A stretch of 64,000 bases of DNA from Daphnia carinata (Eukaryota). Position numbers and translations under genes: made by a program. The stretch spans positions 11,780,001 to 11,844,000 of the forward strand of contig NC_081331.1 in assembly GCF_022539665.2 (NCBI RefSeq), in the 5' to 3' direction. The notes under the pieces are model-generated. The model saw only the letters and a list, made by a program, of their open reading frames with translations. It ran no database searches and had not been told where the DNA came from. This document shows positions 1-13,121 of this stretch, in pieces. Numbering within the stretch: position 1 is the first letter of the stretch; each line of letters begins with the position of its first letter.

Positions 1-1911
1 TCCCCGAAGAGAGCCAAACCTTTTAAGAAAACATATTTGTCCTCTGTTGATTTATACCACAGAAACTCGATAAGCTTTTGACTAAAGATGGCGGTCCAGA
101 AAGAAAAAACAAAAAAAAAAAAAACAGGTTGTCTTTTGTGACTGACGATTCTAGTTGTTGTTTATCATTCTTTTGCCCATTATCGTCAATCTTTCAAACG
201 AAAAACAAAACAAAAAATAACTATTTTAAAAGGTGCAAAGAGCATGAGGAGCTTGATCGACAAAACCGGGCGCTGCTTTTGCTTTTGACAGGGCGTCGGA
301 GTAACAAACGGTGCGATGCGAGCTGAATCGCCAATGAGGTCAACTTATGACACGAAGTTCCCAACATACAAATCTTATAATCACGTCTGGTCCCAAACAG
401 AGGGGAAGATAAGTGAAGGCTACACGCAGTTTAACAGGCTTCCTTCTCCGATAATCGCAAATCAGTTGAAGTGTTCAGTCCGGCAATCATTTTTTTTTTC
501 CAACGAACAATAACATTTTCTTTTTTTTTTTCGATAGTTTTCCTACACGATAGGAGGGAGGTCCTCATTTTGCATAAGTGTTCTGATAGTCGTGAATGAC
601 GTTTATTATCGGTATCCAAGAATGGACTGCCGACTTGACCGGGTGCGCGCAACGGGTTTCAATTCGTAACGCCGAGGAGGTCACGAATCGACGGGAGCCG
701 GTCGTGAATCGCGAATGATTTGGGGAAATTTCACTGCATAGATGGTGCGCATAGAGTTGCGTTTATGATGAACTCTGCTCGCTCGCATAAGAAGAAGAAA
801 TCTTTCGGCAGTCATTTCCATTTTTGTGTGGAAATAACTTTCGATGTTTTATGATTCGGTAGTTCTGACCTTTTTCAGATGTTTGGCAACGAAACGTTCA
901 AGTGACGCATGAAATACGGCCACATTTTCAGCGGCCATCATCACTATTGAATGTTTTTTTTCTTTGTTCTTATAACCTTTCTCCTTTTACCTTTGCCTTT
1001 TTCCATGTCCCTCTATTTTTTTTTTCTTGTTCCATCGCTTTCTATTGAGCACTCTGAATGCAAATGAGTCACCCGACGTGCTATCGTATTGAATCGGTAC
1101 CTCCTGCGCTCCAACAAATGGAAGGCAAAGAGATAATGACAATCGCCGTGCGAACAATGTTGAGATTTCGTTCATACTGCCGATGATGAAGCCCTGCTTT
1201 CTTTCTTGCATGGCCCCATTGTTTTTGTCTTCTTCATCGACTTTCATTATGTTTCGACATTCTCACAGAAGAATGCGAGTCACACACGAGTGTATAGCCT
1301 TAAAAAGTCAGGACTTTAAATGTCAACCGTAGCTCCAAAGTTGACATACTTACGTCCAGATTTGAGCGGCCTAGTTTCAACGGGCCGCTTGCGTGTAGCC
1401 TCTTAAGGCATTTGAAATTGGAAGAGAAATTGAAGACATTATTTTTACAAATCCATTTGTCTACAAAGTGTCCGGCTTCCTTTTCGAGGCATATCCATAT
1501 GAGACATCCTTTTGCTGTTTTTGCGCTTCTTCGTGCTTTACCATTTCCATGTCGTCAACCAATCGACGTCAATCGTCTTCACCGTTGAACCCAAAGCTCC
1601 TTATTTTTCTGTCTTTTTCGGTTTCTGGTTGACGTAAAAAAAAAAGACAACGTGAAATCGATGGCAAACTGATCTGCATTCAAAAACGTTGGGGGGATTT
1701 TTAAAGGCAAAGAAAGTGGAATACACAAATTCCGAGCTATTTACTTCAGGTAATGGTTGGCGTGCTGTTTGTATTCGTGGGCAACGATTTTCTCTTTCTT
1801 GCCCTCCATGCAGAGTGCATACTTTTTCTTTTCTGTCTTGAAAGGTTGTGTGAACCTTATTGGATTTTTTGAAAGGATTCCCAGTTGATCCTTCAGCTGT
1901 TTTTCGGTCAC

Positions 1912-1939
1912 CTCTCTCTCTCTCTCTCTCTCTCTCTCT
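1912..1939. repeat. (CT)14 microsatellite
   Basis: Read directly from the sequence. Confidence 0.95.
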
Positions 1940-2216
1940 TAGTGCCACCAACTTCTCTTTTTTCTTTCCTTATTTCTGTATGATTTCCCCCTTTTTTTTC
2001 CTCCGCCTATCGTTGAATGAGTTGCGTTGAAAAGGCGATTTGAGTGTAGGGTAAAAGTCATTCTTACCTCCTCCCGGTGCCGTGCGCAAAGGGTGACTCA
2101 AGAGGGGAGACAGCAATTTTATTGCTTCCTATATTTGCATGTCAAATGTGCTGCTTCATCAACAGTCCTCTTTTTGGCTTTTATCCAAGATTTCTTTCCC
2201 ATTTTTTTCACCTCAC

Positions 2217-2330
2217 TTCAGATCTCTTAGCTGTACGCCACTTGATCCACAGGACTTGACGCTTGTAGACAGCGACAGTGAACATGGAGATGAAGTATTC
2301 GAGGGCTGCGAACAGCTGAATCCAATTTGC
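2217..2330 (-). CDS. Speculative phase-0 coding exon ANWIQLFAALEYFISMFTVAVYKRQVLWIKWRTAKRSE (hydrophobic stretch then basic tail)
   Basis: 114 nt open frame between TAG| and |GTGAGG on the minus strand. The acceptor lacks a pyrimidine tract and I recognise no homology. Confidence 0.1.
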
Positions 2331-3886
2331 CTACTCCCTTTTTTCACCGTCCCCATATTTTCTTCTTCTTTTGCCTATGTAATATTCAGACAGCACGATA
2401 GGGACAGTGTTGTATAGAAAAGAATATTGGAAGAAGAAGGAGGCCATTGCTTTTATTTGGAACTTTTTTTTTCTTCTTGCAAGTAAAGCGATTCACGTCG
2501 ATGGCATTCGTTACATCTGTGTGCCGTTCATACGAAACGGCACAGCGGAAACTGGACCCAATCATGTCCACCACTGATCCAGCTTCTTCCTGAACTTTTT
2601 TGCCTAACATAGACATGTAACTCAATAGATATTGTCCATGCCATCGACCGGGTGATCTATTTTTCCTTAGATATATCAAAATATATCAACACGACCAAGG
2701 AAAATGATCTTCATCATCGATTCTACTATACGTACGTTCCCTTTCATAATTGCCTCGACTACATCGCCAACTTTTAAAACAGCCAATAATCGATTGAGGT
2801 GTGTGTGCGTGCGTTTCTCGTCATTTGGATGGCGGTCGATTTTTTTCTTCCCCGTCATAGCTCTCCCACACAGGCCGTGAAACCATCAACCGCACTGGAT
2901 CGTAAACAAGACGGTCGACTGTTGTATTTACGAGGGCCACTAGCTGCACGCCACGTATAACGCAGACACGCTGCAGCGGTGAACATTGATCGGCTGTCGC
3001 CCATCGCTTGCCCATTACACGGCTGTGTTAACCTCATTTGATTCTAATATTTATTTCAAGCACGATGACTTTAACGGCTTCCGTTTTTCTTTTAGAGGGG
3101 CCGTTAAAAGGGTTGGCCATTTTTTTTTTCCTATCGTTTGTGTTTGTTTGTTTTTACTCTAGAAAATATTCGAACCGATCGACGGAAGCCAACGAAACGT
3201 TACCGTACAGGAATAACGATCGTTCAAGTCCATCTCTTAAAATGTTATTAATGCCATCGCGTTTCGTACTATCAATACTTAAAAAACACCAAGCATCACA
3301 GGTAAAACGTGAAAAAAAGAATAAAGAATTTAGTTCTTTTTGCGCGTCAAAAAAGTTCGCCCAAAAGTCGTTAGCAAAAAGGGGAAACAGTCCAAAGTGG
3401 AGTCGAATGGAAAGAGGAAATACACCTGTACATCCACGATGGCTAGACATGTCGCGTTTTCCTGCGCGGTTCATCAATTTTTACTTGCTGTTACAGCTTT
3501 CAACAACGAACGTCGACGCTATGCGTCACAAAGCTAAACAAAAACAAATAAAAACGAGGGGAGTGAACGGGGGAAAAGTGCGCACTTTTGTCGACCCGAG
3601 TCTGATCGTTTGTTTATTCCGTCCGCAGAACAGCTCTTGAATCAGTCAACGATCGGTTGTAACGAGGTTAGCGAGAAAGAGAGGGGGACGCGTCACTGAC
3701 TACAAACCCTATACGTTGCGTGATGGGTTTCGATGGGCACGAGGCTGTCGGACCAAGTAGAAAGATCCGGGTACTCGACAAACTCATTCCTCTTTGTTAT
3801 GGTATATCGCATAATATCAACATTACGGTATCATGTTTGAGGCTAACTTTGTATCGTTTTCGATCAGCCGGGTCGGCTGGACTTAC

Positions 3887-3937
3887 CGACCTTTCAACAG
3901 GTCGATTGAATCCATGCCTTTTTATTTTTAGATTATC
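3887..3937 (-). CDS. Speculative 51 nt phase-0 micro-exon DNLKIKRHGFNRPVERS
   Basis: Minus strand reads ttccatttcaataatCAG| ... TCG|GTAAGT, the frame is open and the length is a multiple of 3. Confidence 0.13.
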
Positions 3938-5449
3938 CTGATTATTGAAATGGAATTTAAAAAAAAAGGGGCTATCTACTTTTATCTGTGCCTCTTTGCG
4001 GAAAAATGCGGCAGTCATTTCAAAGACCGTTTAACGATTTCCTCTTTTTCTTTTAAATGATTACCGTCGTTGTGGTTGGTTGTCGGTTGTTTCATTTGGG
4101 GAATTCTTGAAGTCGTCGTCATTCATAAATGATGAACACGGCGGATGTACAACTAGTCGGATTGATGATTTCTGGCATCCCACGAGAAGCAAGGAGAGAT
4201 TATAAGACTATAACCCAATAAAATGTAGAAGTTCGTTTATAGTTTTTCGTAAACGGAAGTCAACAGCAACGACCATCTGTTTTAATCATTATATCGCATT
4301 TTCTATTCCTAATTAAAATGAAATGACATCAAACGCAGTCGTCGTCCGAAACGCTTTCAATAATGTTAACGGCTCATCTCGTATAGAATAGGTCACATGC
4401 GCAGTGTTTCAAGCTTCATACAATATGCATATTAAAAGTACCTCCTCACTCTGCTTCGTACCCCGTCCATTTTCTAGTTAATTTTATTGGGGGAAAAAAG
4501 AGTGCAATTCACCGGCCACTTTTAATGTAAATGAGCTTAATTGATGTAATACCCAACTTCACCTCGTAATAGCATTTTGTAGCGGCATTAACAATAGAAC
4601 ATCGGTAAGTGACTCCCTACCAATAGCAACTGGATTTACAATGAATATTTAAATGACAAATAAAGGGAATCGGGTGCTGATGTGATGGGCCCTCTCGATT
4701 CGATCGTCCACTGACAAGTGAATAAATCTCTTGTTAATCTCCTAACAGACCTTGGTATAAGTCGTCCGAAAGGACAGCCATGGGCGTGTATAGCGCCGGA
4801 TTTCCTATTTATGGGTCACTAGATATACTTGCCAATGTTCCACCTCCCTTTCCAAGCGCATATCGTCATAGCAGCAGGCTGGAGATTGTTTATTTTTCAA
4901 TCTTTATTATAGCGTCCTCTTTTTGTTGGACATTTTCGACTTATCTAATGAAATAGTGGAGAGAGGGACAATCAAGTCAAAAATAGAAACAGCAATCGAC
5001 GAATGTTTTACGCAGTTGGATCGGCAACCGATGAATAGAGCGGTATAGCCATTAGTGCTGTGTATAAATAGATACGCATACAGCCATTAAAGGAGATGTA
5101 TCAGTCCCGCGTCCACCGCATTTATCGTTTGACATATCCCAATTCTTTTCCGATAGCTCGGGATTTCCTCTTCATGCGTAGTTCGTTAAAAGTAAGCGAA
5201 CCAATAGAAAACGGAATGTTATAAAGAATGGCTGAAAGCGTAACAACTAACGAGCTCAAGACAGCGAAAGAAAAATCATTGACGGTGCGATGATTTTGCA
5301 CTGACCGAGATGATGCAACATCCGATGGATTCGATCCAACAAGAGATTTTCTTTTTTCCACTAGGAAGAGTGGACGCCGTCTAGCTCCACAAGTCTAAGG
5401 AACCGGCATCGGAAATATAAAAAAAAAAATGATGAAAACGAAAACTTAC

Positions 5450-5527
5450 CCTACCCTCAACAACTTCTGGAGCTTCTGGAGGAATAGGGACCACCGTTTT
5501 GCCGGGCCTTTGACCTTCTATTAACAT
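5450..5527 (-). CDS. Speculative initial coding exon MLIEGQRPGKTVVPIPPEAPEVVEGR
   Basis: ATG at 5527-5525, open to a consensus donor AGG|GTAAGT in phase 0. An out-of-frame ATG in better context lies just upstream. Confidence 0.13.
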
Positions 5528-7749
5528 TCCGATGCTTGCCCTCCATGTTGTTTGTTTCTTTCAATTATCAATAAGAAGAGCAGCGGAGAAGAAAGAAAAA
5601 AATTAAAAAATGTATAGTTTGATTATCGTATAATGAGGAGGATTCGTTCGTGTCTGCATCAAGAATAGAAGCGAACCCACGAAAAAGGAAAAGCAACAAA
5701 AATATTATATATGAGACAGACGAGGGGGGCCATGGACGTAAGCGAGGTCCTTAAATGGAGTCACACTGACTGCCTATTGAAAATCACGCGTCGTAATTGA
5801 GGTACCCCGATAATGTGTTCAACATCCCCCCCCCTCCCACTTGGTTTTTTTTATATGCTCGTTGCATGTGTGCTGTGTCTATGTGTTCAATATAAACGAC
5901 TTGCCTATTCAGTCTCCTCCGCCCCCCATCCGCACTTCTTTTTCTCTTTTTTTTTTAATTTAAAAAAATAAAGACTCCCTATCGCAAACAGTCGCTGTGT
6001 TTAAGAAACTGAGAAAGAAAAGGATCGAAATCAATTAAACGGCGGGATGTTAACCATTTACTCGCGCCCTTGGCTTGATTGTTTTCCATTCGTTTTTTAA
6101 AATATATATATATAAAAAAAAAGATTTTTTCTTTTTGAATTTATGTTAGCGAATGAGTTCGGGTTCTCTTCACCCTTTCGTTGTGGCCCTCTCTCATTAA
6201 ACGAGTTTTTTTTTTAAACCTTTTCCGCCTGTATTCTTGTCTGGGTGGCTTTTCTATCGTCATTCAAAATGAAACAGAATGAGGAGGATTCTTTTAGCTG
6301 TTTCTTTTCTGGTGGTGGCACAAAGAGTTCTCCTGTTGTTGTTTTTTTTTCCATTGCCGCTCTCTGATTGGTTGTGTTGGACAACAACAAAACAATATAC
6401 AAAAGAAGAGTTCAACCTGAAAAGAAGGGAAACACAAATGGGTGAGATGGCTGGGCAGATGGACGCAGAAAGAGCGGCAGATTCAAATGGCAGTAGTCGT
6501 CCCCCTTCTTGTAAGGCTCGAGCCGAAAACGTTGTAAACTTGTAACGCTGAATAACTAAGTTTGGTTTGAACGCGAGAAAAGATGGCCTTCCTCTTCATC
6601 ATTAGATGACGCCGGACCGGGCTGACCAATTTCGTTTATGGCCGCATAAAAAAAAATAATAATAATATTGCTGTATTGAAATCTAGCGAGAAAAATGAGA
6701 GAAGCGAGAAGAGTTTATTTTTTCTGAATACATTAAATGCAAGGTACAGTTTTTCTGAAAGTGGCTCCGGAATGAAAGTACAGGTTCTAAAAAAAATCAA
6801 TTGGACGGTGCTTTTGTCGCGAACAAACAAAAAAGGCACGAAGAGAAAGAGAGTTTGATTGTTTCAGGGAGGGCGGTCCAGCAGCGATGATGGCGCACTG
6901 ACCAACCCGATGCTTCTAGTCCCGCCAGCAGTTATCTCTTATTTGTTCATTAAGGACAGATGGAGAGGAATGAGGACCACCCGGAGAATATATAATTTTC
7001 ATATCCAAAATTTGAAAACATACCAAAAAAAAAAAAATTCATATATAAAAAAAAGGGGGGGGGGGGGCACGACAGCCAGCGGAAATTGAAGAGAACGGCC
7101 AGCGGCCAGAGCGATAAGAGATAGAGGAAAAAAAGAGACGTAGATAGCAACTAAAACATAAAGGATTTCTTTTCCATGTCTGGCATTTTGTACGGTCGGC
7201 CGCTCAATTTGACGCTGAATAAGGACCGCTACTTGAAAGACTCGTTTTTCTTTATTCAATTCCGTTTCTCCCCCGTTTGACGTCTTCTACAAATATATGT
7301 CCGTACGGATTCACCAAACTGTCCATCGTCTAAATCCGAAAACTATAGTTTAAATTTTTATCAAAGAAAATTCAATTTTTTTTTTGGGGGGGGGTTCCTT
7401 TCTTTCTAAATAATTTCTGAACAAAAAGTACATGAAACCAATGTATGGCACTTCAGTTTATGTGTAAAGGACGTCGAGTAGTTTGGGCGTTATCAACCGT
7501 GAGCCATGCGAGTCAGGTTGTACTCGAGTTTGTACTTTGTTCATCCCAAATGCTGGATGTTTCAAACGCAGCGCACTGATTTTCTTTGGTAGTAGAGTCG
7601 TGCCTACGACGTATTTGACGTGCGCCGTTTCGAAAAGAAAACGCGACTTGTGATTGCAAGAATTATGGGAGCGGGAGATTTGAAAAATAGACTCAGAGAA
7701 TCACCGTGCAAGCCAACGACAAAGTTCTCCGAGCAGAAGTCGGAATAAA

Positions 7750-7775
7750 ACAGATGAGAAAGACAGATGAGAAAG
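7750..7775 (+). repeat. Perfect tandem duplication (ACAGATGAGAAAG)x2; each copy contains a CAGATG E-box
   Basis: Read directly: 7750-7762 and 7763-7775. Confidence 0.9.
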
Positions 7776-10700
7776 CTTGTCGAGTACAAACAACTTCATG
7801 TTTGACATGTTCCTTTATTTAAACTATACTTTTGGCTGTTTGTAATGAAACCGAGTTTTTATCGTTCGTGTGCATATCAATCAGCCACTCTCAAAGCAAT
7901 GCCTTTTTGTTTTCAATAGTTCAAGTTTGCTCTTTGGGTTTGTTTTATTTCAGAACTCTTGTCAGAGACGTTACCACATACACAACGACATTGTGATTAA
8001 CTTCGTGCCCTCGAAGACTCTCTGCCGTACTCGCAATTCGGGAGTTGAAAGGTAAAAAAAAAAAAAAAAAAAAAAAAATGTGTACACGAGAGCCAGGGGT
8101 ATACGATGATCGGTTACGGCAAGCAAATACGTTGGATTATAAAAAGGTAAACGCGGAAGTCACACAAGAAAGTCCCTTGTTTTTTTTTTTCAATGAGGCG
8201 GATTGTTCGTATAAAAAGTCAAACGTTTGGAACAGCCGAAAATGATCGATGTACATTCACCTGGTCCCTGGTGTTTAATGAAATGGCTTCGCTATGATGA
8301 GAAATCGATACTACGTATACACGTTATTGGAACCCCCCCCCCCCCCCCTATTATGAAAGGGAAACGAGAATGATGTGTACCAAGTCGTCGCAGTTCGATT
8401 TAGTGGGCGGAGGCGGGAAATTTGAACCTACAATATCACCCGAACTCCCTCTTTTTTTTTTTTTCTTTCTCCGGATGAGCATGTCGAAGCGAAATGCACT
8501 TCATGCGGAACATGCACGCGATGCCGTTGACCTAAAAAAGAAAAAGGGGTGTATGTTAGACGAATGGGTTGACGAAAACGGAGGTAGGGGGGCGTTAGCA
8601 TTCACGCTCGGGTATCGCCATCAGTCGATCACCTCCCTCTGGAACGGTAGGTTAGTTTTTTAAAAAAAGAAATCGCCTGGCTATTGATGCGCTGCAAGTG
8701 GTTTTTTTTTTTCAGAATGTAATATTCAATTGAATTTGCATATCTCAGCTTGCGGCGTCTAGTTCAATTCCGGCAGTGGCTGGCGCCCGCCGAATTCAAT
8801 CAAACTGATCCGTTTTTTCTTTTTTCTTCTACGATCTTTCCTCAATGCTGGTGATGGCGAAAGAAACCGCCGGAGGTGGGACTGTCTTTCACGGCACATC
8901 CTATCGCGCTGCATTGATACGGCTTTTGCAAATATAGACGGATCCATTTTCAGCTTTGTCAGCAGTTTATATCCTCTGTGATATTATTCAAAATGCAACT
9001 GTACTCCTCGCGGTTGCATCATTTTACTCTGTGCGCAGCAAGCAAACACTGTCACGTATTTTTTTCGCCTTTCACGAGGGCGTGTACGTGTCACGATGGT
9101 TGTTTGTCACCCAACAAGATCTACGCTCTCTCAGTCATCATGTTCGATCCGTTTTGCACGCCTTCACCGACATAACGAACACAATGCAGAGAAGCATAAC
9201 AACACGACGAATGCTATCGATTCAGGCAAACTCATCGCTCTGATTGGGCATCGATCTGCAAAGGTAGAATATTAAAAGAGCTCAAAATGTTCAATTGCGG
9301 ACATCCATTCAAAATGAAGTTGGATCTTGGTAAACATAAAAAAAAGAGAGGGAAGATCCTTGGTCACCTGGAAACCGTCCGCACAGGGAGCATTAAAAGC
9401 TGATGGCCAGGAATCTAATTTTCGTCCGAGTACCTGTGTACTGAGGTCTTTTGTTGTACACGATATAACTGAGACCACCCACGTTCCGCTCCGCTCCGAT
9501 GATTTGGCCAAGAAGCGAATCGATATGGCGATGACAAGACGTTCGTAAAAATTGAGAGGAAAAAAAAAAATAGTAGATGTACAAGAAGCAAACAACAAAC
9601 AAACAAGGGAAGGATCAGTACATTCGTAACCAAGGTGGGTGCATATTGTGCTCTGTTATTACCAGACGAATGCACACCACTTTCACAAGGGGAACAAAAA
9701 AATGTTTAAGAAATAAATAAAAATAGGGAACGCTGCGTGCATGTACGGTCTGCGTTTAATAAGTGATGACGTAACACACGTACGGAGTGCACAAAAAAGT
9801 GGACTCGACGACAACTAGAGCTCTTCGGTGGCTTCCATGGTGACCATTTTCATCCCGAGCGGATGTCAACAAGTGTCTCGTCGAGTTTGCGCTTTGTCGG
9901 TATAAATGCGACGTCAATTTTCTATTCGTTTTACCTGGAGCTTTCCGCAGCAATGCAACCTGTATGGTTTGCTCCGTCTACTTGTCTGATCTTCCATCAT
10001 CGCCTTGTTTGTGATAGACCTTCTGGGACAATGCCACGTGGCATGATTATGTGCTTAAAAAATAAAAGCTATTTTATTTACCTGGCTATGCATATACGCC
10101 ATTAGGGTTGTAATTGTGCTTTCGAGTATTAACCGACTGCGCGTATACACGCAATCATTATGGCCGGTTGATTTCTTTTCGGCTTTTGATGGCGGGGGAC
10201 AAATATTATAGTTGTTTCACTCCCCATCCTCTCTGTGTCTGCCGTCCACACATCCGTTCTTCTCTGACATTGTCTTTTTTTTTTTATCATGTCCACCCCT
10301 CTCCATCCGTTTGGGAAAGAACGAAAATGAAAGCGGACAAAATAAAAGAAAAGATCCTAAATGGGGTACTGATTCATGGCCGACTGCCCGGCTCCTAGCT
10401 GATTTTGAAGAATGCGTCTATATTTTTAGTGCTATTCTATTGATTTTTCGATGATGCGGTTCTATTCGTTCCCCCCCCCCCCCTCCTGTTGATGTTTATT
10501 CTCTGGAAACGCGATGTGTACAATGCGTAATGCGTGTATTGTGTGTGTGTGTGTGTATATCCTCCAATAGAAGAGGAAGCAGGGAGAGAAAGAGAATTGA
10601 GCTATTCAGCATTGGCCCCATCATCGCCCTCAATTGTTGTAAAGGGGATTTATCGATTTGCATCCTCCTCTGATGAAAATCAACTTGGAAATGAACAGTA

Positions 10701-11609
10701 TAGCACGCGGAGCGAACAGCAACTATCGAACCCCTTTTGCGTGAATGTCGTGATTGGTTAGCGTATCGATGATTTGGTGCCGTCACACTCTGATACGATA
10801 GTGCTTTTTTTCGTTTGCTACTTAAAAATGCAAATTTGAAGACAATTTTTCGTCGTTGTCTTTGGTTTGTTCGCAGCAGTGAACTGCTGACTGATTGCCG
10901 CTGACATTTGACGTTGCACGGCGTCTTTACTAGTCACGGTTACACGAGAAGGTTGCGTGAATGTTAGAAATGACAGGCCAATTTCCATCTTATTTTCGTT
11001 TTCTACTGTCGGCGTCTAACTTTTTAAGCTTTAAAATCTCTGTGTTTCTTCTATTCGCTTTTTCTGTTCAACTCCCCTGAAACACACACACACACACAAA
11101 AAAAAAAGAAAATAAGTAGAGCATGTAAAAACGAATTCATGGCAAAACGGACTTTTAAATTAAGATTCAGAAGGAAACGAAAATGTTTTGGCTGAAAAGG
11201 CCACGTGTCCTTGCTCTTCTATAAACCACCCACACACGTTTTACAGGTTCTCTTTTCTATTTGAACATGTTCCGCTTTTTTCATTTTGCCTCCTTCTCCG
11301 AGGGGGTTGTTTAGCTCTTCTTGTTTTTACTCTGAATCACCAATTGAATCAGACAGTAATAATAGCTAACTTGCGGGTTCAGTCGATTTTTTTATCTGTT
11401 GTGTGCACAGTCATCATCATCAGTGACAACGTTTAACCGCCGGAGGGGTGGAGGGGGAGCAACGGACGAAGGCAATTTCGGAGCGATCACATCGAACGAT
11501 CCGTTTGAATGCCCAATTCGATGATTGTTAGACTATTTGTCAGACATTTGGGGAGAGGAGATTTGTACTAAGTGAAGTAGATATAGTACTTACACATATA
11601 TAACAGTAT

Positions 11610-11684
11610 ATGGCCAGCTATGGGATTCAACGTCCGTCTGCAATTACCGGTTGGGTCAATCGCTACACGCACATAGCTGGCCAT
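11610..11684. repeat. Perfect 13 bp inverted repeat with a 49 nt spacer
   Basis: ATGGCCAGCTATG (11610-11622) and CATAGCTGGCCAT (11672-11684) are exact reverse complements. Confidence 0.9.
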
Positions 11685-13062
11685 TCATTTTGGCTTCTAT
11701 TATTTTGTTTCTTTTTTTGGTCCCGATTTTTCTTTTAACGATGAAATAAACCATAAAGGATAGCATCCTCTTCCTTCAAATTCCTCCAATTGGCAAACTC
11801 CCAGTATTGAGGCATAGTGGGCGGGCATAAAAAATGAAATGTCACCAGGAAAGAGGAAAAAAATACGTTGATAATGTGTGGGTGTGCGTCACGTATACAC
11901 GTGGTTCGGATGCTACATTTGTAGCCAACCGAGAATGTCCCGGACTGCTCCCGTTCGTACTCGGAAATGTGTACAGCTATTCTTATTAGTCTGATATTGT
12001 CCATAACGCAATTCTGTACGCTTGAGTTACGAAACGTCTCTTCTATTAGCCGACCCTCTTCTTTATTTATTTTTATCCCTCCTACCATTTGGTTGGTTCT
12101 TCTTTTATTTTAGTTTGATTATCATAGCGCTTTTGTTGCAGTATAGATCTTTTGGTGCTCTGTGATTTCCATTCCTCGCCCCTGGTTGTACTTCATATCA
12201 TCAGTTGGACTACACCCGTTCTCGCAACGCAGATACATCGCTTCCGTTCTATACGTTTGGCTTTTTAAGGATGCAACGCACAATTGTTGCTGTCGTGCAC
12301 GTACTCCCGCCAACTTCCGGTTGGCTGCCAACGGAATCTCCATTTCACGTATGCGAAAAGAATAAACCACACACAAAAGTGTCTATTTGGATTGTCTGAT
12401 GTCGTGCTGAATGATGATCACAAGTTAATGAATCCCATTGGCCACATTTCTCATTAGCGTAAAGAAATTCGAACGAAATTTACTTTCCCGACATTCGAAA
12501 GATTTGATTTCACGTTGCTACGCTGGAACTCAATGTGCGTAGAGCTTTAAAATAAGGGGGTTATAGGTTAAGACTATATGAGAATTATAGATATAGTTAG
12601 GGACGTCATGTATATGCATCATCATCCTCTTCTGTGGCCCCATATAGAAATATATGAAGGGTCTCTGCCAATCCGCTTCCGCAATGCGAGTTTGATTGCA
12701 GTTGACGATCGATATGCACTAGATTTACCGGACAGGATGCAAAATGCACCAGTACGAGGAAATGCATCAGCAAAGTCAGCCAAACGGAAACATCGAAAAC
12801 TTGTCGAGTATAGTCGATGGAGTTTGTGTATCTAGCGAATCTCTGCCTACCTTATCCCACGTGTAGCGATATCTAAGCCGAAGAGACACACACGATGGAG
12901 TTTGCAATCTTCTTGCTTTTAATTTTATTTTTCTAACTGAAATCGGCTGAAATGTTGAATTCACTGCTAGCGCTCAGTTTACTTATGCAAATCTCGTTTT
13001 CAGCCAAATGAAAGGAAGAGTCTTCTTCTATACAAGAGGAACGTAGGTTTCCCCACTGACTT

Positions 13063-13121
13063 TGGCTGGCGTAACTGGGCAAGGCCCTCGACGTCGTTCG
13101 TCGAAGGGTCCAGCCATTTTT
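13063..13121 (+). pseudogene. tRNA-like fragment (box A, resembles the 5' two-thirds of tRNA-Arg(TCG)) or candidate small Pol III hairpin RNA; no T-arm or box B
   Basis: TGGCGTAACTGG (13067-13078) fits box A TRGCNNARYNGG. It is followed by AAGGC..GAC-G-TCG..CGAAG..TCCAG in tRNA-Arg-like order (comparison from memory). The segment folds back and ends in T5. Confidence 0.25.

Noticed and set aside
2520..2544. 9 bp hairpin TGTGCCGTT-7 nt-AACGGCACA
   Set aside because: Chance-level length with no supporting context; intrinsic terminators are not relevant in eukaryotic DNA.
3038..3640. 200 aa + strand ORF
   Set aside because: Non-ATG start, Lys/Phe bias from A/T tracts and no recognisable motif.
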